Source: the human T2T-CHM13v2.0 reference genome, Homo sapiens
Assembly (NCBI RefSeq): GCF_009914755.1
Contig: NC_060940.1
Strand: one strand, 5' to 3'
DNA length: 64,000 nucleotides
Shown: positions 24,493-39,136 of the stretch, piece after piece
Numbering within the stretch: position 1 is the stretch's first letter
Layout: every line of letters begins with the position of its first letter
Notes under the pieces: generated by a model
Told to the model about the DNA's origin: nothing
Seen by the model: the letters and a program-made list of their open reading frames with translations, nothing else
Databases searched by the model: none
Position numbers and translations under genes: made by a program

Positions 24493-24661
24493 CTTGCACA
24501 AAAGCCATAGCCTACTTCTTGCATGAAATCAGCCAAAGAGCTCTCCATCATGGTTTTAGCTACCCCTCCGGAATCAGGCAGGATCCTGTCCATTAGAATG
24601 TCCCGTTTTTCAGGGTATAAAAGTGGTGCGAGCACCACGGGACAGCGTTCTTGGGGAAAAT
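24493..24661 (-). CDS. CNOT1: CNOT1 exon 8 ([19 protein letters not shown]...GYGFCA)
   Basis: 169 nt, CAG|AT acceptor, AAG|GTTGGT donor; ORF track 24438..24638. Confidence 0.96.
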
Positions 24662-25395
24662 CTGAGAGAGGAAAAAGGTTACAACTGCTATACTAATTAA
24701 AAACAAACAATCCTCTTTTGCTCTATCCAAAATCCCCTCAAACCCAATTCTCTCACAAGTTCATATTCAAAGCCAAGCTTATTTCATTTTTCCAGCCTAC
24801 TAGCCGAAGTTACGACTTTAACATCAATTCCAAAATTTGAATACTTTTATATCACAAAAAATGCTCATCAGTGTACCTTTAACATTTGACACTGGCATTC
24901 CATCTACTGACCAATTCGTACCCTAAATATTACTTTAAATTTGCACAATAGGGCTATCACTTCCCATACAAAGAAAGCATCAAAAACAAACAATTAGAAT
25001 ATCAGTCTATTTATTTCACTGGCAAGTGGAAAGTTTCCCATTAGTGAGAATGTTAATGTACATTAAAATTAAACTCTATAAACATTAAGAAGTAAATAAA
25101 AGTAACCATGAGAATGGATGTTAATCCACTATCAGATTTGTTGTGAAAAGAATTCTTATCTTTCTCAAACATGAAAGCTCAGAGGCAACAAAATAACTAG
25201 GATTTATCTTAACTTTACAATGCCGATATCCAAGGAGGTGAAGTGAGCACATCAAAAGTGACCGATTTTTTAAGCTAAAAATAGCATGTAAGGCTAGGTA
25301 TGGTGTCATGCTCGCCTGATCTTCCCAAAGTGCTGGGATTATTGGCCTGAGCCACTGTGCCCAGCTGATGTTGTCTCTTTTTTAAAAAGAGAAAG

Positions 25396-26059
25396 AGGCG
25401 GAGGGGAGGGGAGGCAAGGGGAGGGGGAGGGGGGAGAGGTGTGGGGGTGGGGGAGGGGGAGGGGAGGGGAAGGGGAGGAGAGGGAGAGGGGAAGGGGAGG
25501 AGAGGGAGAGGGGAAGGGGAGGGGAGGGGGAGGGAGGGGGAGGGGAGGGCAGGGGGAGGGGAAGGGGAGGGCAGGGGGAGGGGAAGGGGAGGGCAGGGGG
25601 AGGGGAGGGGGAGGGGAAGGGGAGGGGAGGGGGAGGGGAAGGGGAGGGCAGGGGGAGGGGAAGGGGAGGGCAGGGGGAGGGGAAGGGAAGGGCAGGGGAG
25701 GGGGAGGGGGACTGGAGGGGAGGGGACGGGAGGGGGGAGGGGGAGGGGAGGGGGGACTGGAGGGGAGGGGAGGGGAAGGGGAAGGGAAGGGGAGGGGAAG
25801 GGGATGGGAGGGGAAGGGGAGGAGAGGGAGAGGGGAAGGGGAGGGGAGGGGAAGGGGAAGGGAAGGGGAGGGAAGGGGAGGGAAGGAAAGGGAAGGGGAG
25901 GGAAGGGGAGGGGAGGGGAAGGGGAGGGGAGGGGAGGGGAGGGGAGGGGAAGGGGAGGGGAGGGGAGGGGAAGGGGAGGGGAGGGGAAGGGGAGGGGAGG
26001 GGAGGGGAAGGGGAGGGGAGGGGAGGGGAAGGGGAGGGGAGGGGAAGGGGAGGGGGGAA
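25396..26059. repeat. Polypurine/polypyrimidine tract of GGGGA/GGGAA/GGGGAA units (~660 bp)
   Basis: Almost pure G/A on the plus strand, with higher-order repeated blocks. Confidence 0.97.
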
Positions 26060-26126
26060 TGCTTTTGTGATGTGTCTGTGGTCATCCAAGAAAACCACCC
26101 ACTGTAGGCTACAAAGACTCCCTTAC

Positions 26127-26330
26127 CTCTGCGCAGCGTCTTAAGAAAAGCGTCTATCTGTTCTTGTCCAACTCCAAAGGCTCCCTTCTGCCCAAAGAGG
26201 AGATGGGAGAGGAGGAGGTGTAGGACCTCTATTGCTATATCTTGGAAGCCACCTTCTTGATTTCCACTGACGTCTGCGTCAATGTAAGAACGCAGAAGAT
26301 CTGGAAGCTTCTGTTTGATAAACTGGGCAG
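26127..26330 (-). CDS. CNOT1: CNOT1 exon 7 ([13 protein letters not shown]...FLKTLRR)
   Basis: 204 nt, TAG|CT acceptor, GAG|GTAAGG donor, phase 1/1. Confidence 0.96.
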
Positions 26331-26782
26331 CTAGAAGTCAGGTAAACCAAAAACCGCAAGTTACTTTTGCACCACAATGGGTTAAAAAGTCATATACCAT
26401 CAAAATGCAGATAATCACCCTTCTCATTCACCAGTTCACCCATCTCTCTAATGCTTTCTCTAGCTGACAGGTATAAAGAAACCAATGGCCAGGGACTGGC
26501 AGTGGGGAGGGGAAAATAGAGAGTTGTTGATGGGCATAGTTCTGTTTGGCAAAATAAAGTTCTAGAGAGATGTTACACAACCTGAATACAATTATCCCTA
26601 TGGAACTGTACACTTAAAGTGGTTATGAGGGTAACATTTATATTACATGTTTTTTACCACAGATAAAGAGAAGTTAATTTCAGATTATCTTACTCTCTAA
26701 GTCTAAATCACAGAGCCTCATGATTAAAAACCCACGTATTTTAAAGTCTCACTTCGTGATATTTTTGGAAAAAGTAACTCAC

Positions 26783-26837
26783 CGAAACCTCTAAGATCTG
26801 AGCTGGAAGAATTCAACAGGGCAAGGCCAAAAATTAC
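26783..26837 (-). CDS. CNOT1: CNOT1 exon 6 (VIFGLALLNSSSSDLRGF)
   Basis: 55 nt after an 89-nt intron, CAG|GTAATT acceptor, TCG|GTGAGT donor. Confidence 0.95.
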
Positions 26838-26926
26838 CTGAAACAAGAAGGATTAGATTAACCAAAGAGTCAAATGGCTGTTTTTAATTCTAGTTTTGTC
26901 TACATCTCTTTTCATAAATCACTCAC

Positions 26927-26995
26927 CTCTTGTACTTTGCTTAATTTGAGCACTTTACTCAGCTGGGCAAATAAGTGGGGTGCAGGCTTTAAACT
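26927..26995 (-). CDS. CNOT1: CNOT1 exon 5 ([23 protein letters not shown])
   Basis: 69 nt, CAG|AGT acceptor, GAG|GTGAGT donor. Confidence 0.96.
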
Positions 26996-27361
26996 CTGAA
27001 ACAAACCAAATTTTAGTTTAAAATAAGAACTTACTTTTTCAAGAAGTTTTTAACAACCTATCTGTTTGCCCAAGGATGGCACTACATAGGAGTTGCTTAA
27101 TTCTGTAGTGTTACTAGAAACATTACACTATGTCCTAAAACTGTGAAATGACAAACTTAAGCCTTCACATGATCTGGTTTTAGTAAGATTCTATTTATTA
27201 TTAAATGAACTGCCTTGATTTTGTTACAAACTATAAAAGACACCCCAAAATAACAACCTGAAATTTTTATATTAAGACATCACATTATGAGATCAAGGCT
27301 TAGGGACTTTTTAGAAAGCCTAAGGAGAGATCACACTCTTAAAGATAATAGTAATACCAAC

Positions 27362-27460
27362 CTTCTGATAGTGCAATGGATTATCAATGGCATAGGACAG
27401 CGTCGAGATAAAATTTGGCTTTGTAATCAGCAACGCACACTCCTGAATCAGAAACTGAGT
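27362..27460 (-). CDS. CNOT1: CNOT1 exon 4 ([11 protein letters not shown]...PLHYQK)
   Basis: 99 nt, AAG|ACT acceptor, AAG|GTTGGT donor; ORF track 27320..27502. Confidence 0.96.
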
Positions 27461-28379
27461 CTTTAAAAATAAAAAATGATTTTCATTAGCACTAATCATC
27501 ATCTAAGAACAAACAGAAGCTGAGGTACTCAGAACATTAAAATGTGATCTAACACTATATACTGTTATATATTATCAAAATCGGCTCTTTAAAAATCTCG
27601 CCAGGTGCGGTGGTTGACAACCGTAATCCCAGCACTTTGAGAGGCCAATGCAGGTGGATCACCTGAGGCCAGGAGTTCAACACCTGCCTGGCCAACATGG
27701 TAAAACCCTCTCTCTACTAAAAATACAAAAATTAGCCAGGCCTGGTGCCAGATGCCTATAATCTCAGCTACTTGGGAGGCTGAGGCAGGAGAATCGCTTG
27801 AACCCAGGAGGCAGAGGTTACAGTGAGCCACCACACTCCAGCCTGGGTGACGAGAAAGAGACTCTGTCTCAAAAACACCCAAGGTAAAAGGAACCAGGAA
27901 ATAAAAAAAGATGTAAAGAAAGTTATAAAAATAGAGTTTTTTAAAAAAAAAACTCATTACACTACTCAAAGTCTATTAGCAGCAAAACTTCCAGAAAATA
28001 AGAGCTCATTGACAAGATTACTGTAAGAAACAGTATTATGACAAACTCTTGCCAGATGGGGAATAAAGCTAGAGATTCAATCCAGGACATGAGATCTCCT
28101 CTGCCTTACTAACTTTTCAGGCAGGGAACCCTCACATTCCTGCTTCCTTCAGGCAGGTCTGATCCCTACCTCTCTAAACCTGAACTAGGTAGCTGTTATA
28201 GTCTACAGCCAGGCAGAAGGGACGCACAGAAAAAAAAGGAAAAATCTAACACCTTTTCACCATCCAGCTACAATACTTCCGGATGCTATTTTGTACGTGT
28301 CATATGCTACATACACTATGCCCAAAATTCATTTAACAATTACAGCTAAGTGGACATGAACTCTGTAAGCCCCAAATAC

Positions 28380-28487
28380 CTGATGGAAATCTTTGCCACT
28401 GCTTTTACCATCGCCACTGAAATCCACATGCGAAAATAGGCAGCGTAATAAATGCCTGTCTGCCTCAGGACCGTGCCGATTCACAAT
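28380..28487 (-). CDS. CNOT1: CNOT1 exon 3 ([12 protein letters not shown]...GKDFHQ)
   Basis: 108 nt, TAG|ATT acceptor, CAG|GTATTT donor, phase 0/0. Confidence 0.96.
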
Positions 28488-28983
28488 CTAAAATGACCAA
28501 AAATAACATGTTTAATAAGGGAAGATAAAACAAAAAAAAAAAGTAAGGTTTCAAAAAAGAAAATCAACCTCCAAGGCAAAATTCCAATTTACATTAGTTA
28601 CTCATTTTTGAATTAAAGTTAAAGGAATTATTGATGGAAGTGCCCATAATTTATAACTCAATTTTTTTTTTAGAGAGGGTCCATATTGCCCAGGCTGATC
28701 TCCAACTCCTGGACTCACAGCGTCTTCTCGCTTCATCCTTCTGAGTAGCTAAGATCACAGGCATACACCACTGCTTCCAGCTGTAATTCAATATTATAAA
28801 AATGTTTCCTGGGCCGGGTGCAGTGGCTCACGCCTGTAATCCCAGCACTTTGGGAGGCCGAGGCTGATGGATCACCTGAGGTCAGGAGTTCAAGACCAGC
28901 CTGGTCAACATGGTGAAACCCCGTCTCTACTAAATATACAAAAATTAGCCAAGCGTGGTGATGGGTGCCTGTAACCCCAGCTA

Positions 28984-29091
<108 letters not shown>

Positions 29092-30000
29092 TCAAAAAAA
29101 GAAAAAAAAATTGTTTCCTATAGTCAGTCACTGGCAGGAAGAGAAGAAAAACTACAGTAATTTTACCATGCAACTCTGTACTTTGCTCAACATCTATACC
29201 AAAAACACCACATGGCATTGATCAAATGTGTAACAAAAGGTTTTTTTTTAAGGCAACAATTTTACGTAACTCAAATTCTCTCTGCTAACACAGCTGTAAT
29301 GCTACGTGGCACAGCCTTAAATGAAGCTGCCATAAGATCCGACTTCAGTGATTTAGATGCTGCCCTTGAGCTCAGTTTCCTGCCCTTCCTCAAATTTACC
29401 CATGTTTGTTTCTATTTGTTATTCTTTCTAAATGAAAAACTCCAGATGGCTATACATGGTTTGTTCTTTCACTTCATTTAGGTTTCTACTCTAAAGTCAC
29501 CTTATCAGTGAGGTCTTATTACCATTCCTAAAACAGAAATATGACCTGCCCCAGCATCACTCCTTATTCTGCTTTACTTTTTCTCCATAGCATTTACCAC
29601 TACCTGCTAATTTGTTTATTGAAATTTTGTATAGCTGTGTTCACTTCTGCACATCTAGTCTAGAAAATAATTGAGCACAGTGTATGTGCAGAGTAATCAC
29701 GTTTGCTAAGAGCCACATACTACCTACACGTTGGGCTACATATTGCACTGAGCTTTCCTGGCTTAATCTTCAAAAACTGCTAAAATTTACCACCATCTAT
29801 CCCCACGGATAAGGGGTTGACATATTTAAAACAGACTCCTTGAGCCTAAAATCCAAGTCTATGAGTTGAAGAATCTGGATTTATAGTCCAACTTCAAAGC
29901 CTATGATCTTCCCACTATATCATGATAATAACATGAAAGCTGTCTAAGTTCTTAGCTTATTTCAGTTTCCCTTCTCTTCATTCAGAAAATATGGAAGTTA

Positions 30001-30258
<258 letters not shown>

Positions 30259-31115
30259 TCACATGAGCCCAGGAGTTCAAGGTTACAGTGAGCTATGATG
30301 GTGCCACTGCACTCCCACCTTGTGGGGACAAAGCAGCACCCTGTCTCAATAAAAAATAAAACAAAAAAGAACAGAATTAACTATGATCCAATTAACCAGA
30401 TCTCTCACCCTTGAAAAAATACAATAATCTGGTTCAACCTACACTTGCTGAGTATATGCTACGTACTAGTCTAGGTGTAAACACAGCAGCAGAGACTAAT
30501 AGGTTCCAAATTCTCACAAAGTCAATTTTTGTGGGAGAAGTACAGGCAAAGAATTTCTGACAACATTATCTGTTAACAAAAAGAAAGTAAAACAGAGCTT
30601 GCTAACATTGATGCAGGCGGTTACCTCAGAGAAGCCTTCTAAGGTGAGACCTGTGAGCTGAGACAACCATAGATACAGGTGAAGAAAGAACAATCCAGGG
30701 AGAAGGAAAAACCTAGAGTGCAAAAGCACAGAGACAGAAAAGAACTCTGAAGATCAGAAAAAGGGTCAGAGGGAATCAGAGGGCCAGATCATGGTTAATG
30801 AATACACTGACTTGTCTGAGACTGTGTTATCAACCTAAAAAAATAGAAGGCACATTTCATCACACAGTCAATGGCCAAAGAATAAAAAAGTTTCAAGTTT
30901 TTGTTTCACTAGGATCAGCAAAGATTTACTAAAATCCCGTTATCCTTACATTTGTTTCTGTAACTCTTAATTTTTTTCCCATGCAGATTATACAATAAAA
31001 ACCTGCAATGAATATTTTTAAGAGGCAGAATATGTTTTCAAATTTAACTATGCGCTGGACTTGGAGGCTCATGCCTGTAATCCCAGCAGTTTGTGGGGCT
31101 GAACTGGGCGGATCA

Positions 31116-31355
<240 letters not shown>

Positions 31356-32707
31356 CTATGGGATACTCCATTATTCGTGTGGCACATAGGTTTGATACAC
31401 TCTAAGTCTTAATCCTCCCTCATGTCTTCTTTTGGTCAAATAGTGCCTACCATTCCATATGATTTTTTTTCAACCATTCCATATAATTTTCGAAATCTCT
31501 GACATCATAGACTTATTTGCTAATGTCCCTCCTAATATGTGGCTCCTAGATCACAATGTTTTACTACAGCCATAAATCGAAACATTATAGAAATATTGCC
31601 AAAAGCCCTTGATATACTTAATTTTTCATATATTAAGATTTTGCTACCAGATTTTAAGCTGTTTAATACAATTTTTTAATTATTTTACTCGTCTCCCCTT
31701 CCCAACTGGTAGAATGGTTTCTATTTTAAGCAAAAAAGTGTAGGGCTTAATTTTAGAGGATAAATATAATCTTAACATCTTTGTAACCCAAGATTTTGTT
31801 TATAAAATAGTTTTAGAAGAAACAGTTGCTCCTGGTGAGGAGCAGACAGCATGGCAGCATAGAAGAAACATTCCATTCACAGCCATAAAATGTTTGTCTT
31901 TAATTACTGCAAAACTGACTTAAAAAAAAAAATCTTCCCTATTAACACGGTATTAAAAATACTGAGTGGCTGTAAAAGCAATTGTTAAATTAGAAAGTTA
32001 TTATATAAACAAGCTGGGTGTGGTGGAGCACAGCTATAGTCCTAACTACTGGGGAGGGTGAGGCAGGATGATCACTTGAGGCCAGGAGCTGGAGGTTGCA
32101 GCGTGCCATGAATGTGTCTGTGAACAGCCACTGCATTCCAGGCTGGTCAACACACCAAGACTCCATCTCCCTAAAACAAACAAAGTAGTCCAGAGAGGTC
32201 CTTCTTACCACCTCTAAAAATGGGCCAAATTCAGATTTCTCTTTGAAACTGATAAATTCAGAAATTAAAATGTTTAGGACCGACAAATGCCCCAAAACAT
32301 ACAAATATCCTCTGTTCAAGTGATGAATCTGCAACACCAATGAGCCATGAAAGAAAAAAGTTGTCCATTTAGAGACCCACATCAGCCCACAGAAATAGCA
32401 GAATGGTCAAGAGTATAGAGCTGAGGGAAGAATCAAGATCAAGATATCATTTAAATATCTGTGATTAACCATCTAGCCAAAGGAGTGTGCCGGAAAAGCA
32501 GAATGCAGAAGAGGAGGCGGCAACCATTACCAAAGCTGAAAACAGAAAGGGGAGACTACCCTCAACATACTCCTCACCCTCAAGCATGCCCAAGATTGTT
32601 GATGTGAATAAATAATTGGGTCAATTCAAAAGTAAAAACACAAAGAATCAGGATGGAACCTATTTTAAGAAACTGTAAAACAAACAGCAAAAACAAAACA
32701 CAGGTTA

Positions 32708-33198
<491 letters not shown>

Positions 33199-33339
33199 CT
33201 AACTACTCAGGAGGCTGAGGCAGAAGAACTGCTTTAGCCCAGGAGTTTGAGGAGATGATGATCTTGCCACTGCATTCCAACCTAGGCAACAGAGTGAGAC
33301 TCTGTCTCAAAAAATAAGTGAGGAAAAGTTAAATTAAAC

Positions 33340-34730
<1,391 letters not shown>

Positions 34731-36172
34731 GGATATTTCATTTTTTTAATGTGAAAAATAAAGGAACCAAAAAAGAAAAAAAAGAGGAACCAGACCAAAA
34801 CAAGTCAGATCATATTTTATAATTTTAGAGACAAGTCACAGCATTTTGTTCAAGTTAATCCATTTCATTCAATAATCTACCATATTGTTCCCCGCACCAC
34901 TATTACTGTCACTATTTCTCTTTGGAGATGACCAGGTTTTTAAAAATCTGGCTTGAATTTCCATAATGCCTAACTCTATGATCAAAACTATTTTTCCATC
35001 TCAAAAAAAAAAAAAAAAAACTCCATCTAAAAAACAAAACAAAAAAATTCCTTACCAAAAAGCAACCCCTTAATCACAAGACAGACAGAGGGAAAGATTA
35101 AGATATATTTGCATAAATTTATCTTCACTAGAAACAATTCATGGTCCACAACCATTCAGGGTTGTGTTTACTTGGGGACTTTATTTTGGGGAGGGGGTTC
35201 TCATAAATGTTTGCTTAATAAAAATAACCTGCCCCACTGTATCATGGAAGGGAAATGAGGACTAGTCCCCAGAGAAAAAGCAGGCCATCCTCCAGGGAAG
35301 GGGCCCTAATGACTCCTAGGGGTGACAGAGTCAGTGATCCTGCCTCTCTAACCCATCACCAGTAATAAAGTATAACCAGGTGAATGGGAGAGGCAGTAAC
35401 TAGCCAGACAACCCATGGGCCAGAATTTCTAAAACAGGAATGCTTTTGTGTTTAAGTCAGAGGTGGAAAGATACTTTTGAAGAAAGTTACGGAGAATAAA
35501 AAAGTGTAAAAAGGATAAAGGTTTTTCACCAGGGAATCCACAGAAAGGTATCAAAGGCAGTCTTGTGCTTTTCTTTTGGGATGAAGGTACCGCAAATGGG
35601 TTGTACAATTTTCACATAAAAACTGGAATGATACTGAACAAGTGAAATTGAAATCAGTTTCCCTCCTTTGTTCAATAAACACTGACAGCACCTGTGTGCA
35701 AGGCAGTGGGACAAGTGCTGAAGGGAAAAGTAAAGCTGTCTAAGATGTGGCCCTGAGCTGAAGGAGCAATCTAGCAGTGCCATCAGACCCCTGCACACTA
35801 CAGAGCATGGTGTCAGGGGCCAAATGGAGGGAAGGACCACTCCTGGCTGCAGCATCCAGGAAGGCACTCTGCAGTCCTTCCTTCTAGGTTCTCGGCATAT
35901 GCTCCATGCCTGTGTGACTGCTCAGCCTGCCCTGTTCCGGACACTTGCTCATCTTCCTTATCTTTCTCTGTAGCATGAGAAATGTAAGTTTGAAAGGACA
36001 AAATTCTGCCTCACAGGTACCTAACAGAAGTGTGTGGAATTGATGTACGATGGAGTGTCACTTTATCTCGTTCCAGCAAGGTAGGAAAAGAAATTGGGAA
36101 AAGACAGGTAAACAGTGGTGGTGAGGGCAAGGTGTTTTCATCAGAAGGTGGGGGCAAAGGTATACATACTAA

Positions 36173-36496
<324 letters not shown>

Positions 36497-36735
36497 TTAA
36501 TATGTGGCTTACCCCAGAGGACACAAGGGTCCTGACAGTCAAGGACCATAAGAAGGTAGCTGGAAGTCCTCTTGCCAAACAGGACTGAACAGCTAAAATC
36601 TTTAAATCTTTTTCTATTTCTTTTTTATCAACTGGTCTATTCAAGCTCAACCAGGGCATTTAAAAAGAAAAAAAAAAAAAGGACTAAGTAGCTTAAATAG
36701 CTTTGAAGGACAATTTCTAGAAAGTAGAAAGATCA

Positions 36736-37068
<333 letters not shown>

Positions 37069-37804
37069 TCACTGAATAAACACTGCACCACCCTCCTCAA
37101 CACAAAAATAAGTTGAGAATGAATGTAAAAGTGTAAAGAAAACTTTCAGCTATCTTCAGGTTTGTGTTTGGCACTTTGATCTGTAAGCAATCAACATGGA
37201 GAGATGCTATGCCAAAGAGGAAAGTCTGCAGGAACCATACAAGGACTCTCCCACATGACTCAGCCAGGCAAGCCAATACCCACTGCACAGGAGGGTGTGA
37301 TGGTGGCCCACCAAGTACTGAGTGAAGGAGTCCAGGGGCCCAAGGCTCTGATAAAGGATACTCCAAGGCCAAAAGACAACCCATGTGAAGCAGTCGAGCC
37401 CCAGGACCATGACCAGCAAGGGCAAGGGTCTGGCTGGACAGAAGTAGGTGGCAGCTGCACTGCTGGCTTCCAACTTCACTATCATGAAAAACCCAGACAT
37501 GAAGTTCGTTGGGGAGCCATCCCCAACCCTGTTTAAGAAAAGCCTGGGAGCTAGGCGCAAGAGCTCACGCCTATAATCCCAGCACCTTGGGAGGCCAAGG
37601 CGGGCAGATCACCTGAGGTCAGGAGTTCAAGACCAGCCTGGCCAACATGGTGAAACCCCATCTCTACTAAAAATAAAAAAATTTGCCGGGCGCAGTGGCT
37701 CACACCTGTAATCCTAGCACTTTGGGAGGCCGAGGCAGGCAGATCACCTGAGGTCAGGAGTTCAAGACCAGCCTGGCCAACATGGTTAAACCTCATCTCT
37801 ACTA

Positions 37805-38120
<316 letters not shown>

Positions 38121-38363
38121 TCAGGCTCCTCCAGGAGGCAGAGATTGCAGTAAGACAAAATTGCACCACTGCACACGAGCCTGGGCGACTCTGTCTCAAA
38201 TAAAAAAAAAAAAGTAAAGAAAGGAAAATCCTAGCTAGCAGGTTTCTCAGGGCCCTGAGCACCAGCCCAAAGCCAGGTCAGACCTATTTTATAATTTCTA
38301 TGGAAAATAAAAAGCTGTGAAAAATCTTTTTAAAAAAAAGATTGGGCTGGGCGTGGTGGCTCA

Positions 38364-38645
<282 letters not shown>

Positions 38646-38803
38646 CTAAGAGCTCTTTTACAGATGATGATGACAGAAATCACTTGAATTAAGGGGCAAA
38701 AGTTAGTTACCTTTCATGCAACATGCCCACATAAATGTGTGGTTTTCTTTCCACTGTCTACTCATTCCTTTAATGGCACTTGTTTTCTGGCTAGTTTACT
38801 TAC

Positions 38804-38905
38804 ATGCTGTATTTCCTGCTGGCTGGCTCGGTAATTTTTCTTGGTTAAATTGTCCACCAGGTAGCTGATTTGAGACAAGGCCAGCGAGAGCGAGTCAAGA
38901 TTCAT
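38804..38905 (-). CDS. CNOT1: CNOT1 exon 2 coding part (aa 1-34, [34 protein letters not shown])
   Basis: ATG at 38905 (GCAATGA); donor CAT|GTAAGT at 38803. Confidence 0.97.
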
Positions 38906-38954
38906 TGCTGGTTGGGGCGGAAGCAGGCGGCCGAGCCCGGCGCAAAATCACCAT
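38895..38954 (-). promoter_or_regulatory. Overlapping out-of-frame upstream ORF (19 aa, [19 protein letters not shown])
   Basis: ATAATGG (A-3, G+4) 49 nt before the main ATG; its stop ends 11 nt into the CNOT1 CDS. Confidence 0.7.
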
Positions 38955-39079
38955 TATTCCCCTTTAGTCACCTCAGAGGCAGGTTAATGCTTTCTTTGTA
39001 ATTAGGCTATATCTGGTATCTGTATAATATCTTCAGTTCTTCTTTACCAGGGGTCTTACTCTGTTCTGAAACATGGCAC
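38906..39079 (-). other. CNOT1: CNOT1 exon 2 5'UTR portion (174 nt)
   Basis: Acceptor (TG)6T7AAACAG|GTGCC with AG at 39081-39080; contiguous with the start codon. Confidence 0.88.
39033..39074 (-). promoter_or_regulatory. Upstream ORF 1 in CNOT1 5'UTR (13 aa, MFQNRVRPLVKKN*)
   Basis: GCCATGT start 5 nt into exon 2, TGA at 39035-39033. The ORF is in the sequence; translation is not shown. Confidence 0.7.
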
Positions 39080-39136
39080 CTGTTTAAAAAAACACACACA
39101 CACAAATCCAGATTTTTAAATTAAAAGGAAAAAGGA

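Noticed and set aside
25339-26107. Four long ORFs (209-248 aa; Pro/Ser/Leu-rich or Gly/Arg/Glu-rich)
   Set aside because: They are stop-free only because the GGGGA tract lacks T on one strand and A on the other; no splice or homology support
35526-36001. 113-aa and 62-aa minus-strand ORFs in non-Alu sequence
   Set aside because: They fall in the UTR portion of the retrocopy; no recognisable protein
37204-37536. 110-aa plus-strand ORF
   Set aside because: Antisense shadow of the TMEM254 pseudogene CDS
38880-38945. CpG-rich patch around the start codon as a possible promoter
   Set aside because: Too short for a CpG island, and it lies inside an internal exon with a good upstream acceptor
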